Shown here: positions 49,786 through 58,280 of the stretch, one piece after another | Position numbering within the stretch: position 1 is the first letter of the stretch | Layout: the number at the start of each line of letters is the position of its first letter | From: Chloroflexota bacterium | GTDB taxonomy: Bacteria > Chloroflexota > Chloroflexia > QHBQ01 | Direction of reading: 5' to 3' | Length of the DNA: 64,000 nucleotides | Assembly (NCBI GenBank): GCA_025355955.1 | Contig: JANXYP010000278.1 | Span: 284-64,283 of the forward strand | Notes under the pieces: model-generated | Told to the model about the DNA's origin: nothing | The model's input: the letters and a program-made list of their open reading frames with translations, nothing else | The model's database searches: none | Made by a program: the position numbers and the translations under genes

Positions 49786-50523
49786 ATGGTGAAAATCATC
49801 CAGGTGGCACAGGCGTTCGCCGACGAGACCCGCCTGAACATTCTGCGCGTGCTGCTGGACAGCGACGCAACTGTCAATGACCTGGCCGACCGGCTGGGCC
49901 TCATCCAGCCACGCATCTCTACCCACCTGGCCGCGCTGCGCGAAGCCGGGCTGGTGTCGAGCGTCAGCCAGGGGCGGCAGCATACCTACAGCGTGCATCC
50001 GAAGAAGGTGGGCAAAGCGTTGGCCGCCTTGCAGGCGCTGGCCGACGGCGAGAATCCGCCCGCAGATCACGACAAGCACAAAGCGAAAGGAAAGAAGAAA
50101 GCGATGAACGCAACCCTCAGCCCCCAGGCCGCCCGCGAGGTGCAGCACAACAGCGGTATGCGCCAGGCGCGCACCTGCTACGACCACCTCGCGGGGGTGG
50201 CGGGCGTGCAATTGCTGGACGAGATGCTCAAGCGCAACTGGCTGACCAAGAGTAGCGGCGCGGGTCGCTCAACCTACCAGCTTACCGCTGTGGGCAGCCG
50301 CGCCCTTGCCGAGCGGGGCGTAGACCTGAGCGCAGCAGCACAGGCCCGCCGCGCCTTTGCCTACGGCTGCCTTGACTGGACTGAGCGCCGCTCACATTTG
50401 GGTGGGGCGTTGGGTGCAGCGATTCTGCAACGGATGATGGACGCGGGTAACGTGCAGGCGGAAGCGGCGGGCAGGGCCGTGAAGGTGGTAAACCTGGTTG
50501 GAGAGTGGTTGCCACGGAGCTAA
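49786..50523 (+). CDS. ArsR/SmtB family regulator with an ARTCYDHLAG C-terminal domain
   Basis: ADETRLNIL, PRISTHLAALREAGLV, RTCYDHLAG, CLDWTERRSHLGG. Confidence 0.9.
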   Translation: MVKIIQVAQAFADETRLNILRVLLDSDATVNDLADRLGLIQPRISTHLAALREAGLVSSVSQGRQHTYSVHPKKVGKALAALQALADGENPPADHDKHKAKGKKKAMNATLSPQAAREVQHNSGMRQARTCYDHLAGVAGVQLLDEMLKRNWLTKSSGAGRSTYQLTAVGSRALAERGVDLSAAAQARRAFAYGCLDWTERRSHLGGALGAAILQRMMDAGNVQAEAAGRAVKVVNLVGEWLPRS

Positions 50524-50527
50524 GATG

Positions 50528-50926
50528 CTAAGGATTAACCTTACTCGCTCGAATATTAGGCGGTATTTCCTGCAATGACCAGGAGTTGCCATCGGGGTCA
50601 CTGAAGTAAACATACTTAACCCCGCCCATATCGTCAATCTCGCTTACGGCAACGCCGCGTTCCGCCAACACTTCGCGGGCCTTGCTAACGTCGGCGACAA
50701 CCAAGTGTAGACCCCTCAGCGATCCGGGTGGCATTTCGAGACCTTGCAGGCCACTGCTAAGAAGGATCGAACAAGCCGACCCCGGTGGGGTTAGTTGCAC
50801 AATTCTCATGGTTCCGCCAGGCTGAATGTCATGGTCAGCGTTAAATCCCAGCTTCTCAACGTAGAAGGCTTTGGCGCGATCAATATCGGAAACCGGCATC
50901 GGCACCAGCTCAAGTTTCATTTCCAT
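50528..50926 (-). CDS. VOC/glyoxalase family protein
   Basis: PVSDIDRAKAFY, VQLTPPGSACSI, FSDPDGNSW. Confidence 0.9.
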   Translation of the reverse strand: MEMKLELVPMPVSDIDRAKAFYVEKLGFNADHDIQPGGTMRIVQLTPPGSACSILLSSGLQGLEMPPGSLRGLHLVVADVSKAREVLAERGVAVSEIDDMGGVKYVYFSDPDGNSWSLQEIPPNIRASKVNP

Positions 50927-50999
50927 CTTAGTTCTATCTCCTTTTACCGGGGCGAGCGCCGCCCGCCCCTACGATTTACGGCATGAACAGATGTATTGA

Positions 51000-52175
51000 T
51001 TATATACGGAACTTCAGACCCTCCAACTTCACTCCCTCATCCACCCCCTTCCCTTGTAGCAATACCTGAAACCGGCCCAGTCCGCCCATCTCGATCAGGC
51101 GGAGCAACGCGGCGCGTTGGCGGATAAACTGCTCATCGCTGAGGCCGAGGCTGGGCAACGCTTGCAACATCTCGCCGAGGCCGAGGCTGGTGAGGAAGGC
51201 GGCCTGGTTGGTCAGGCCGAGGGTGTGCAGGCCAAGCTGCTCGCCACGCTGCTGCAAGGTGGTAAAGTCCACCTGCGCGGTGATATCCTGGCGACCGAGG
51301 CGGGCGAATGGATTGCCGCTGAGGGTGTGCTGGTAGTAGCAGAGCAGCGTGCCATCGGTGCGGCGCGGGCTGTAGAGGCGGTCAGCGGTGTTGCCGTAGT
51401 CAATGGTGATGACGTAGCCACGCTGCAAGATGCTGTCAACCTCGGCCAGCCAGTCGAGCATTGCCAGGTTGACCTCGGCGCGATTGTTACGTGGGATGGT
51501 GATGCCGAGCCGGGCGAAGTATTCGGCCAATGCTGGACTGCTGGGTGCGGCAATAATCTCGCGCAAGTTGGCAGCGTCGGGGTCGAGGGTCTCATCTCGT
51601 CTATCGTCAGTGGTAACATATAGCTCGCCAACGCCGCCTTCCTGCCCCACCACAATATGCACGGGGAAGGCATCCACCAATTCGTTGCTGAGGATCACGC
51701 CTTCGATGGGGCCAACCTGCGCCAACTGCTCATGCCAGCGTACCGGCGCATCAGCGGGCAGAGCCTCGCGCTGGCGGGCTTGCAAATCGGGGCTGATCTC
51801 TACGATCGCATAGGTGAGCGTGGCGTAGAGGTCGGGCTGGCTAGCGCGGAGTTCAGCCAGGATGTCGGCGGCCAGCTTGCCCACGCCCGCGCCCTGCTCC
51901 ACGATGGTGAAGTTGGCGGGCTGGCCCATAAGCTGCCAGCACTGCGCTAGCTGGCGGGCGATCAGCTGGCCGAAGGCTGGCGAAACGTCGGGGCTGGTAT
52001 AGAAGTCTGCACCTTTGCCGCCAATCTTCTGCCCGGGCGCGGTGTAATAGCCGAGGGTGGGGTGATAGAGCGCCAGGCTCATGAACTCGGCGAAAGTTAT
52101 CTGCTGCTGGGGGGCGGCGGCGATGCATTCGATGATTGCGTTATAGAGGGCAATACTGCGCTCGATGTCGTTCAT
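51000..52175 (-). CDS. MidA/NDUFAF7-like SAM-dependent methyltransferase
   Basis: FAEFMSLALYHP..GYY, DFYTSP, VEQGAG, SNELVDAFP, IDYG, DITAQVDF. Confidence 0.92.
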   Translation of the reverse strand: MNDIERSIALYNAIIECIAAAPQQQITFAEFMSLALYHPTLGYYTAPGQKIGGKGADFYTSPDVSPAFGQLIARQLAQCWQLMGQPANFTIVEQGAGVGKLAADILAELRASQPDLYATLTYAIVEISPDLQARQREALPADAPVRWHEQLAQVGPIEGVILSNELVDAFPVHIVVGQEGGVGELYVTTDDRRDETLDPDAANLREIIAAPSSPALAEYFARLGITIPRNNRAEVNLAMLDWLAEVDSILQRGYVITIDYGNTADRLYSPRRTDGTLLCYYQHTLSGNPFARLGRQDITAQVDFTTLQQRGEQLGLHTLGLTNQAAFLTSLGLGEMLQALPSLGLSDEQFIRQRAALLRLIEMGGLGRFQVLLQGKGVDEGVKLEGLKFRI

Positions 52176-52202
52176 ACCAGGTTTTCTCTTGGTTGTGATC
52201 TC

Positions 52203-52745
52203 AATGAGCATTAGTGCCAGGCGAGATTATCCCTCACCCAGCCTCTCCCGCTGGGAGAGGCGCAAAGCGGATACTCCCTCAACCTTATCACAGGTACAAT
52301 GAGCATTAGTGCCAGGCGAGATTCTCCCTCACCCAACCTCTCCCGCTGGGCTTATCGTTACCCACAAATAAAAGGTGCAATAGTACGATGCGACAAGAAA
52401 GCCCGCCGCGTGCCGAGTTACTGGGGGTTGGGGGCGTAGCCCCTGCTAGCCACCCCACCATGCCTATCGGCTGCTTACCTGCCATCGAGTTTATCGCGCG
52501 GTTTTGGGTAGCCACGTACCAACCCCTTTGCGCTGGGCTTATCTCGCACCATGCCAGCTATACAACTGCTACCAGCATTGGTACATTTACCCTTTCAATA
52601 AGCAATTGTGCGCTTGCGAGTAGGGAGCTACGCTCCCAACCCTATGTAACTCGGCAAGCGGCAGGCTATTCCCACCACTACCACCCTTCACCACTTGTGG
52701 GTAAGGATAAGCCCGCTGGGAGAGGAGCAAAGCGGATACTCAACA
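52203..52745. repeat. Tandem duplication of about 94 bp carrying a ccctcaccca(g/a)cctctcccgctgggagagg palindrome; the second copy is interrupted
   Basis: caatgagcattagtgccaggcgagatt at 52203 and 52297; copy 2 resumes at 52712. Confidence 0.85.
52351..52711. mobile_element. About 361-bp non-autonomous insertion element with TIRs and a target duplication
   Basis: cttatcgttacccacaa / ttgtgggtaaggataag (16/17), flanked by cccgctggg on both sides. Confidence 0.85.
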
Positions 52746-52760
52746 CTCGGCACTCAGCAC

Positions 52761-53687
52761 TCAGCACTGACGTAACCACCGTCGGCTGGGCCAGGCGAGG
52801 ATGAAGACGCTATAGCCGTTGGACATGATTTCGGTTTCGCAGGCAAGCTGGCGGTTATTTGGCGCAAAGGTGAGCAGGTCGGGGGCGCTAGCCTGGCGGT
52901 TGCTGCGCGAGAGGTATAGTTCGGTGGCGGGATGCGTCCAGGGGATTAGCGTATTAGGGGCAAGGTAGCCATTGCCCAGCCGCTTCATCGCAGGCGAGAC
53001 GACCACGTAGCGCACTGCTAGAATCGGTTGGCCCGCGTCAATGCTGCTGCCCAGGTCGGGACGTGGGGTGACGACCAGCAGGGCGACGGCGGCGGTGTGA
53101 CTCTCCACGTAGTGGCGGGCGGTGGCCTCGAAGCTGGTTTTGTATATTTTGGTTAGCTTGCGGATGGTGCTGATGCCGATGCGGTAGTCGGCTACCTCTC
53201 GCTCGAAGCGGTCACCGAGGAAGGCGCACTCGCTGGCGAACCAGTTGGCATCCTGCTCCAGAGTGGCGAGCGCTTCAGGACTCATATCCAGTTCGCTACA
53301 CTGGTAGAACAGTTCGCGGTGCCAGGGTAGGGTGAAGTGGCCCAGTTCGTGAAAGATACAGAAGCGACGGGGGTCGGGCAGGAGGCTGTTGTGGGTGAGA
53401 ACTACGTTGTCCGCCATGTCGAGAATGCCCCGCACCTTCACGTCAATGTCCATGCGGGCCAGCAGTTCGCGCTTGGCCGCCCGCTTGGCCGACTCGCGTT
53501 GTCCAGCGAGCAGGGGCGGTAGTCGGTCGGAATAGGCAAAGGTTTCGCTATCCAGTTTGCAGGCGGCTAGCAGGGTGTCGGTAGAGGCAGGGGGGTCGCT
53601 GATGCCGCACTCACGCAGCAGCGCAAGTGCGGCTTGTCTAATCTCTGCCCGCAGGGCGCGGACTTCGCTGGCGGTGGCTGACGGCAT
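52761..53687 (-). CDS. ImmA/IrrE-family zinc metallopeptidase
   Basis: RRFCIFHELGHF (HExxH), LEQDANWFASE, HTH-like TSFEAT and a C-terminal extension. Confidence 0.88.
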   Translation of the reverse strand: MPSATASEVRALRAEIRQAALALLRECGISDPPASTDTLLAACKLDSETFAYSDRLPPLLAGQRESAKRAAKRELLARMDIDVKVRGILDMADNVVLTHNSLLPDPRRFCIFHELGHFTLPWHRELFYQCSELDMSPEALATLEQDANWFASECAFLGDRFEREVADYRIGISTIRKLTKIYKTSFEATARHYVESHTAAVALLVVTPRPDLGSSIDAGQPILAVRYVVVSPAMKRLGNGYLAPNTLIPWTHPATELYLSRSNRQASAPDLLTFAPNNRQLACETEIMSNGYSVFILAWPSRRWLRQC

Positions 53688-53745
53688 AGGCGTGGATTTA
53701 CCGTACGCCCCTCCCACCGGGAGGGGTTGGGGGGTGGGTAGTGGC

Positions 53746-54132
53746 CTAGCCCCGTTGTTGTTTCTGCCGCTTGAAGCGTAGGAACTTTACGAAATCCTGC
53801 ACCTCTTCGACCTCCTCATCGCTGAGGTCATCAATGATGTTGAAGGCGGCACGACCGGGACTGGTGGCGGTTTCGCGCTGATTGAGGTAGCCCGCCTGGG
53901 TCATCAGGCTCTCGTAGCTGATATTGTATACTACAGCCAACCGCTGCAGGTTGCGCGGCGAGGGCTGGTCGATGTAACCGTTCTCCAACTGGCTGAGATA
54001 GCTGTTGCTGATGGTGGTGCGCTCTTCGATTTCGCGCAGGGTCAGGCCGTGCTGCTTACGCAACTCGCGCAGATAGTGGCCGAACTTGCTGGCCTGCTCG
54101 GCGGCACGGGGGTTCTTAATCGGCTCCGTCAT
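53746..54132 (-). CDS. XRE/Cro-CI family HTH repressor
   Basis: LRELRKQHGLTLREIEERTTISNSYLSQLENG; C-terminal LSDEEVEEVQDFVKFL. Confidence 0.93.
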   Translation of the reverse strand: MTEPIKNPRAAEQASKFGHYLRELRKQHGLTLREIEERTTISNSYLSQLENGYIDQPSPRNLQRLAVVYNISYESLMTQAGYLNQRETATSPGRAAFNIIDDLSDEEVEEVQDFVKFLRFKRQKQQRG

Positions 54133-54185
54133 TTTATGCTCCTCTTTCCAGTTTTATCTAAGCCGATTCCGGTTCGGTCGTACGT

Positions 54186-54291
54186 ATGTGGTAGGGCGAA
54201 CCGTTGTTCGCCCCTACAGATCTGGTTCGGACGCGCCTATGTGGCAGGGCGAACCGTTGTTCGCCCCTACAGATCTGGTTCGGACGCGCCC
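54186..54291. repeat. 53-bp tandem REP-containing duplication overlapping the MazG-like 3' end
   Basis: atgtgg(t/c)agggcgaaccgttgttcgcccctacagatctggttcggacgcgcc x2. Confidence 0.88.
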
Positions 54292-54650
54292 ACGTAGTGC
54301 GTCCATTTCTTGTTGCTGCCCTTTGCCAGATGCGCGGGGTAGCGATGCTCGTTGATTGCCATCTTTTCCTTGTAGACTGCGCTCAGATCGAGACCCAGTT
54401 GCAGGCAGATAGTCATGATGAAATAGAATACATCGGCGACCTCGTAGCCAACCTCGCGGTAGTGGTCGGGGTCGGTCAGGTACTCGCGCACCTCAGCATC
54501 AGACTTGAAGCGCACGTGTTCTAGAATCTCGCCCACCTCGAGGCTCATCGCCAGGGTTAGATCCTTCAGCTCATCGTGCTGCCAGTCGCGGGCAACGATG
54601 TACTGGCGGCAGATCTCCTTCAGTTCGCCAATTGTGGTAGTCTCATCCAT
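54267..54650 (-). CDS. MazG-like nucleotide pyrophosphohydrolase
   Basis: ARDWQH..KDLTLAMSLEVGEILE, EVADVF, KMAINEHRYP. Confidence 0.9.
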   Translation of the reverse strand: MDETTTIGELKEICRQYIVARDWQHDELKDLTLAMSLEVGEILEHVRFKSDAEVREYLTDPDHYREVGYEVADVFYFIMTICLQLGLDLSAVYKEKMAINEHRYPAHLAKGSNKKWTHYVGASEPDL

Positions 54651-54820
54651 AATGAATGTAGAAGGTAGAATGTAGAATCTGGCATATAAGCAGCTAGTCT
54701 GAATAGGGTGAACAACGGTTCGCCCCTACGAACCACGCAAGTCTTTTGGTAACTTTTTCAGCATTCAGCACTCAAACTTCAGCACTCAACACTACTCATA
54801 GCTCATGCCTCATGCCTGCT

Positions 54821-54849
54821 AGTATAGCACAGTTTTTCCAAAATTGCAA
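54821..54849 (-). promoter_or_regulatory. Leftward sigma-70 promoter (mazG-xre-immA)
   Basis: TTGCAA-N17-TATACT on the minus strand. Confidence 0.65.
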
Positions 54850-54853
54850 GGGT

Positions 54854-54925
54854 TTTGCCCAGTTTGCCAAAATGGGCAAATATCAGTTTAACAAACTGGG
54901 CAAAAGGCTTGACAAACTGGGCAAA
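54854..54925. promoter_or_regulatory. Operator-like array of (C)AAACTGGGCAAA
   Basis: Inverted copy 54854-66, variant 54868-80, direct copies 54891-904 and 54912-25 (21 bp apart). Confidence 0.75.
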
Positions 54926-54937
54926 GTCTGTTATGAT
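54909..54937 (+). promoter_or_regulatory. Rightward sigma-70 promoter
   Basis: TTGACA-N17-TATGAT. Confidence 0.75.
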
Positions 54938-54955
54938 AAGCGCAACAAGAAAAGA

Positions 54956-54969
54956 CGAACGGATGTTCG
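54956..54969. promoter_or_regulatory. Candidate LexA (Gram-positive-type SOS) box
   Basis: CGAAC-GGAT-GTTCG just downstream of the -10; not embedded in a REP. Confidence 0.6.
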
Positions 54970-55040
54970 TAAGATGGCACGATTTATGCCTTAGTAACCG
55001 CATAGAGCGATATAGTTTGCATACAGATAGGAGCAAGACC

Positions 55041-55442
55041 ATGATGCAGGCACAGATGGGCAATCGAGTGATAACCGCGCCGACCACGAATTGGCGCACC
55101 GCTGGCACGCTAACCGGGGTGGCAGCGGCGACGGTGGCGGCCAACGTGCTGATGGCGCTAGGTTGGAGCCACCTGCTAGGCAGCGATGTATGGCTGGTGC
55201 AGGCGGCTGGCTGGCTGCGCCTGGTCTGGCTGCTCGGTTTCGGCGTGCTGATGGCAAGCAACAATGCGCTGGCTGCGCTAGCGCTGTGGGGCTGGGCGCG
55301 GCGATTGCAGCAGCAGTCTGAGATGCGTAAGCTGGTACGCTGGGCGCGACAGGAGCAAGCTCCGCGCCTGGGCCACAGCTTCTCGCTGGTTGCGCTGCCC
55401 GCGCTGGTGCTGCTTGCCCCCGCCCTGCTGCTGCTGATATAA
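55041..55442 (+). CDS. Small hydrophobic membrane protein (133 aa)
   Basis: AGGAG RBS then ATG at 55041; 3-4 hydrophobic segments. Confidence 0.7.
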   Translation: MMQAQMGNRVITAPTTNWRTAGTLTGVAAATVAANVLMALGWSHLLGSDVWLVQAAGWLRLVWLLGFGVLMASNNALAALALWGWARRLQQQSEMRKLVRWARQEQAPRLGHSFSLVALPALVLLAPALLLLI

Positions 55443-55546
55443 TCAGCAAAGCACAGAATATATGGTTGACCACACTCGCCTCTGAACACAGAGGCGAGTG
55501 TGCTTTTAGTTAGCGTACCCTTCTCCTGCCTTCTACCCTCTACCTT

Positions 55547-56722
55547 CTACACTCCCAATACCTGACGATAGCCCGCCACCGTCGCCATTGCGGTTCGCTC
55601 CCAGGTGAAGCGGGCGGCCTGCTGTGGCCCTCGCGCCCTTAGCTCCGTCTGCTTGGCCTCATCGTTCAACACCGCCAGCATCGCGGTGCGGAGGTTGGCG
55701 GGGTCGTGCGCGTCCACCAGGATGCCCGCATCGCCGACCACCTCGGGCAGACTGGAGCCATTGGCGCATACGAGTGGTGTGCCACTTGCCAGCGCCTCCA
55801 GCGGATCGAGGCCGAAGCCTTCATAAAGGCTAGGAAAGACGAACAGTCCCGCCGCTGCATACAGCGCGGCCTTGTCGGCATCGCTGACCCTTCCCAGCCA
55901 GCGTACCTTGTCGCCCAACCCCAAGCGTTGTGCCTCACCCTGCACATCAGGGAAGAGCGCGGGGTTGGAGAGCCGCGCCTTATCGTCGGGCGGCTTGCCC
56001 GCAATTGCCAGCACGCGGGGCGAGTCCATATCGGTTAGCGCAGCGGCATAAGCCCGTAGCAGGCCAATCACGTTCTTACGCACGTCAAATCCGCCGATGT
56101 AGAAGATATATCCCTCCGGCAAGCCGAACCGCGCCCGCGTCTCTGCCTGCTGCTCCACGCTGGCGGGATGATACTGCGCCCCCACCGCCAGGTAGGTCAC
56201 CTTCACCCGCTGCTCTGGTACGCGCAGCAACGCGATGATGTCGCGTTTGGAACACAGCGAGTCGGTGAGAATTAGCCGCGCTCGCCGTGCGGTCATGGTC
56301 GCTAGCCGCAGGTAGATGCGGAATAGCAGCGAACCGCGATAGGCAGGCAGCCGCAGTGGGATAAGGTCGTGAACTGTGACCACCAGCGGGCAGGGCTGCC
56401 GCAGCGGCGCGGCCATGTAAGGCGAGTGCAGCAAGTCCATACTCAACATTCGTGCCGCATCGCCCATCTCCACCTGCTCCCACCACAACTCGCGCAGGTT
56501 ATCGCTCATCTCCCAGCGCCCTTGCACCTGGTAGTGCGCCCCCAGTGCGGCATCGGAGTCGCTTGCCACTTTCTGCTCCGGCGGATGCAGCAGCGTCGCC
56601 CGCAGATCGCCGCCGACTAGCCCAGCCGCGTGCAAGGCCCGCCACAATTCGCGGGTATACTGCCCGCTGCCGGTGAACGGCTTATCCCAGAAGTACCCAT
56701 TGATGCCAACCCGCTTCAGCAA
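55547..56722 (-). CDS. GT4 (glycosyltransferase family 1-type) glycosyltransferase
   Basis: VTVHDLIP, RKNVIGLL, FVFPSLYEGFGLDPLEALASG; TTG start after GGGGAG. Confidence 0.92.
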   Translation of the reverse strand: MLKRVGINGYFWDKPFTGSGQYTRELWRALHAAGLVGGDLRATLLHPPEQKVASDSDAALGAHYQVQGRWEMSDNLRELWWEQVEMGDAARMLSMDLLHSPYMAAPLRQPCPLVVTVHDLIPLRLPAYRGSLLFRIYLRLATMTARRARLILTDSLCSKRDIIALLRVPEQRVKVTYLAVGAQYHPASVEQQAETRARFGLPEGYIFYIGGFDVRKNVIGLLRAYAAALTDMDSPRVLAIAGKPPDDKARLSNPALFPDVQGEAQRLGLGDKVRWLGRVSDADKAALYAAAGLFVFPSLYEGFGLDPLEALASGTPLVCANGSSLPEVVGDAGILVDAHDPANLRTAMLAVLNDEAKQTELRARGPQQAARFTWERTAMATVAGYRQVLGV

Positions 56723-56925
56723 ATCATGCTCCCCCGCGCAATGTTGTCTCCCTGGCCTGATCATAGCACAGCGGTGTTTATTTGACAAAGGCAGCGGCGG
56801 TGAATTATAATACAGAATACGGGTTGGCAACAACACGCCCGCGTTGGACATAAGATGCTAGCATAAGACATAAAGCGGATCTAAACGACATAAATCAGCA
56901 GCACTACAGGAGGATTGACAAAACA

Positions 56926-57258
56926 ATGGCAAAGCCAATAGAGATAACCGACAGCAATTTCCGCAGCGAAGTAACCGGCACTAGCCAGCCGGTACTGGTA
57001 GACTTCTGGGCCACCTGGTGCGGCCCCTGCCGTGCCGTAGCCCCGGTAGTCGAGCAGATCGCTACCGAGCTTGATGGGAAGGCCAAGGTCGGCAAGCTAG
57101 ATGTAGATGCCAACCCTATTGCCCAAAGTATGTTTGGCGTACGCAGTATTCCCACCCTGATCATTTTCAAGGATGGCCGCGAGGTTGAGCGCGTGGTCGG
57201 CGCAGTCCCCAACCTGAAGGCCACTTTGCAGAGCAAGCTCGAAAAGCACTACGCTTAG
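56926..57258 (+). CDS. trxA: Thioredoxin
   Basis: DFWATWCGPC, VRSIPTL. Confidence 0.97.
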   Translation: MAKPIEITDSNFRSEVTGTSQPVLVDFWATWCGPCRAVAPVVEQIATELDGKAKVGKLDVDANPIAQSMFGVRSIPTLIIFKDGREVERVVGAVPNLKATLQSKLEKHYA

Positions 57259-57327
57259 GTGGATTGCAGATAGCAGAAGGTTGATCAACTAAGCCCCTAG
57301 CGGGGATTGGTGGAAGGTTGATCAACT

Positions 57328-57459
57328 AAGCCCCCAGCGAGGGTTGGGGGAGAAAGCTCGAAGCTCCAGTCAGGTTATTCGTAAGCACGGATCCATTGCC
57401 GAGTTTACCTTTAGCCTGACTACCAATCAAGACTCTCCCCCAACCCCCGCTGGGGGCTT
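57328..57459. mobile_element. About 132-bp MITE with long TIRs
   Basis: aagcccccagcgagggttgggggaga ... tctcccccaacccccgctgggggctt; sister copy at 63723-63856. Confidence 0.8.
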
Positions 57460-57507
57460 TTTGCTTGAAGTTCGGGATGACTCACGTAATACTATCTACA
57501 ATCCTGC

Positions 57508-58092
57508 TTAAGCCATGCTGAAGGTTGGCACGAACGCGGCTGCCCTTTGCTCTTCCTGCACCATAATCTCTTGCAAACTATGGAGGGCGCGATATTGCAG
57601 GGCGCGAATCGCGCCTTCCTTCTTGTTCATCATTCGGGCGATGTCGGCGTTATCGTAGCCTTCGATGAACTTGAAGTGGATGACCTGACGTTGTTCGCCG
57701 GTGAGCTGGCCGATTGCCTGGCGCAACTCCTGGGCCTGGATGCTGTTTAGCAGCGCAATTTCGGGGTCGACTGGCTCCTCACGGGTAACAATCGTATCAT
57801 CGAGCGGCAGGCTCTCGCGGTGGGTGCGGTAGTGGTCGACCACCAGGTTGTGAGCCAGGCGATAGAGCCACGAGGAGAAAGGATACCCAGTCCAGGTGTA
57901 GCGCTCGATTGCCTCCCAGGCCTTGAGGAATGCTTGCCCACAGAGGTCTTCGGCCTCGGACGCATCGCCCACCTTGTAGTAAATATAGCGGTAAATCTTC
58001 TCAACGTAATGGCTATAGAGTTCAGCGAACGCCGCTTCGTCGCGCTTCGTTGCTCGCTGTACCAGGTCTGCCTCGCTGCACGTCAGAGCCAT
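57508..58092 (-). CDS. ECF sigma factor
   Basis: AFAELYSHY, AEDLCGQAFLKAW, FSSWLYRLAHN, LTGEQRQVI, GAIRALQYRAL. Confidence 0.93.
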   Translation of the reverse strand: MALTCSEADLVQRATKRDEAAFAELYSHYVEKIYRYIYYKVGDASEAEDLCGQAFLKAWEAIERYTWTGYPFSSWLYRLAHNLVVDHYRTHRESLPLDDTIVTREEPVDPEIALLNSIQAQELRQAIGQLTGEQRQVIHFKFIEGYDNADIARMMNKKEGAIRALQYRALHSLQEIMVQEEQRAAAFVPTFSMA

Positions 58093-58280
58093 AATGTTTC
58101 CTCCTTGATTATCGCCGCAAAACTACTTTATTACATAATTTTGGTTATTAGTAGACGGTTAAGTATAAAGCAACATTTGTGCCACACTCGTACCTCCTTT
58201 GTTATCCGCCCCGATTATGTTATAATTCAAGTACAAACCATTCGCCGCCTGCAGTTACCTCGCGGCAAGGAGGAGCAGCA

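Noticed and set aside
49711-50211. N-terminal extension of the flavin reductase ORF
   Set aside because: It is antisense to the ArsR gene; family similarity starts at MHIAIEP (49710)
54186-54291. Mini-CRISPR
   Set aside because: Two 53-bp REP-containing units with no variable spacer
52761-55442. Prophage or ICE
   Set aside because: No integrase, excisionase, replication, structural or conjugation genes and no att repeats seen; only the regulatory module
54803-55489. Minus-strand ORFs 54803-55489 and 54991-55473
   Set aside because: The plus-strand frame has the promoter, RBS and a coherent TM profile; the minus frames lack these
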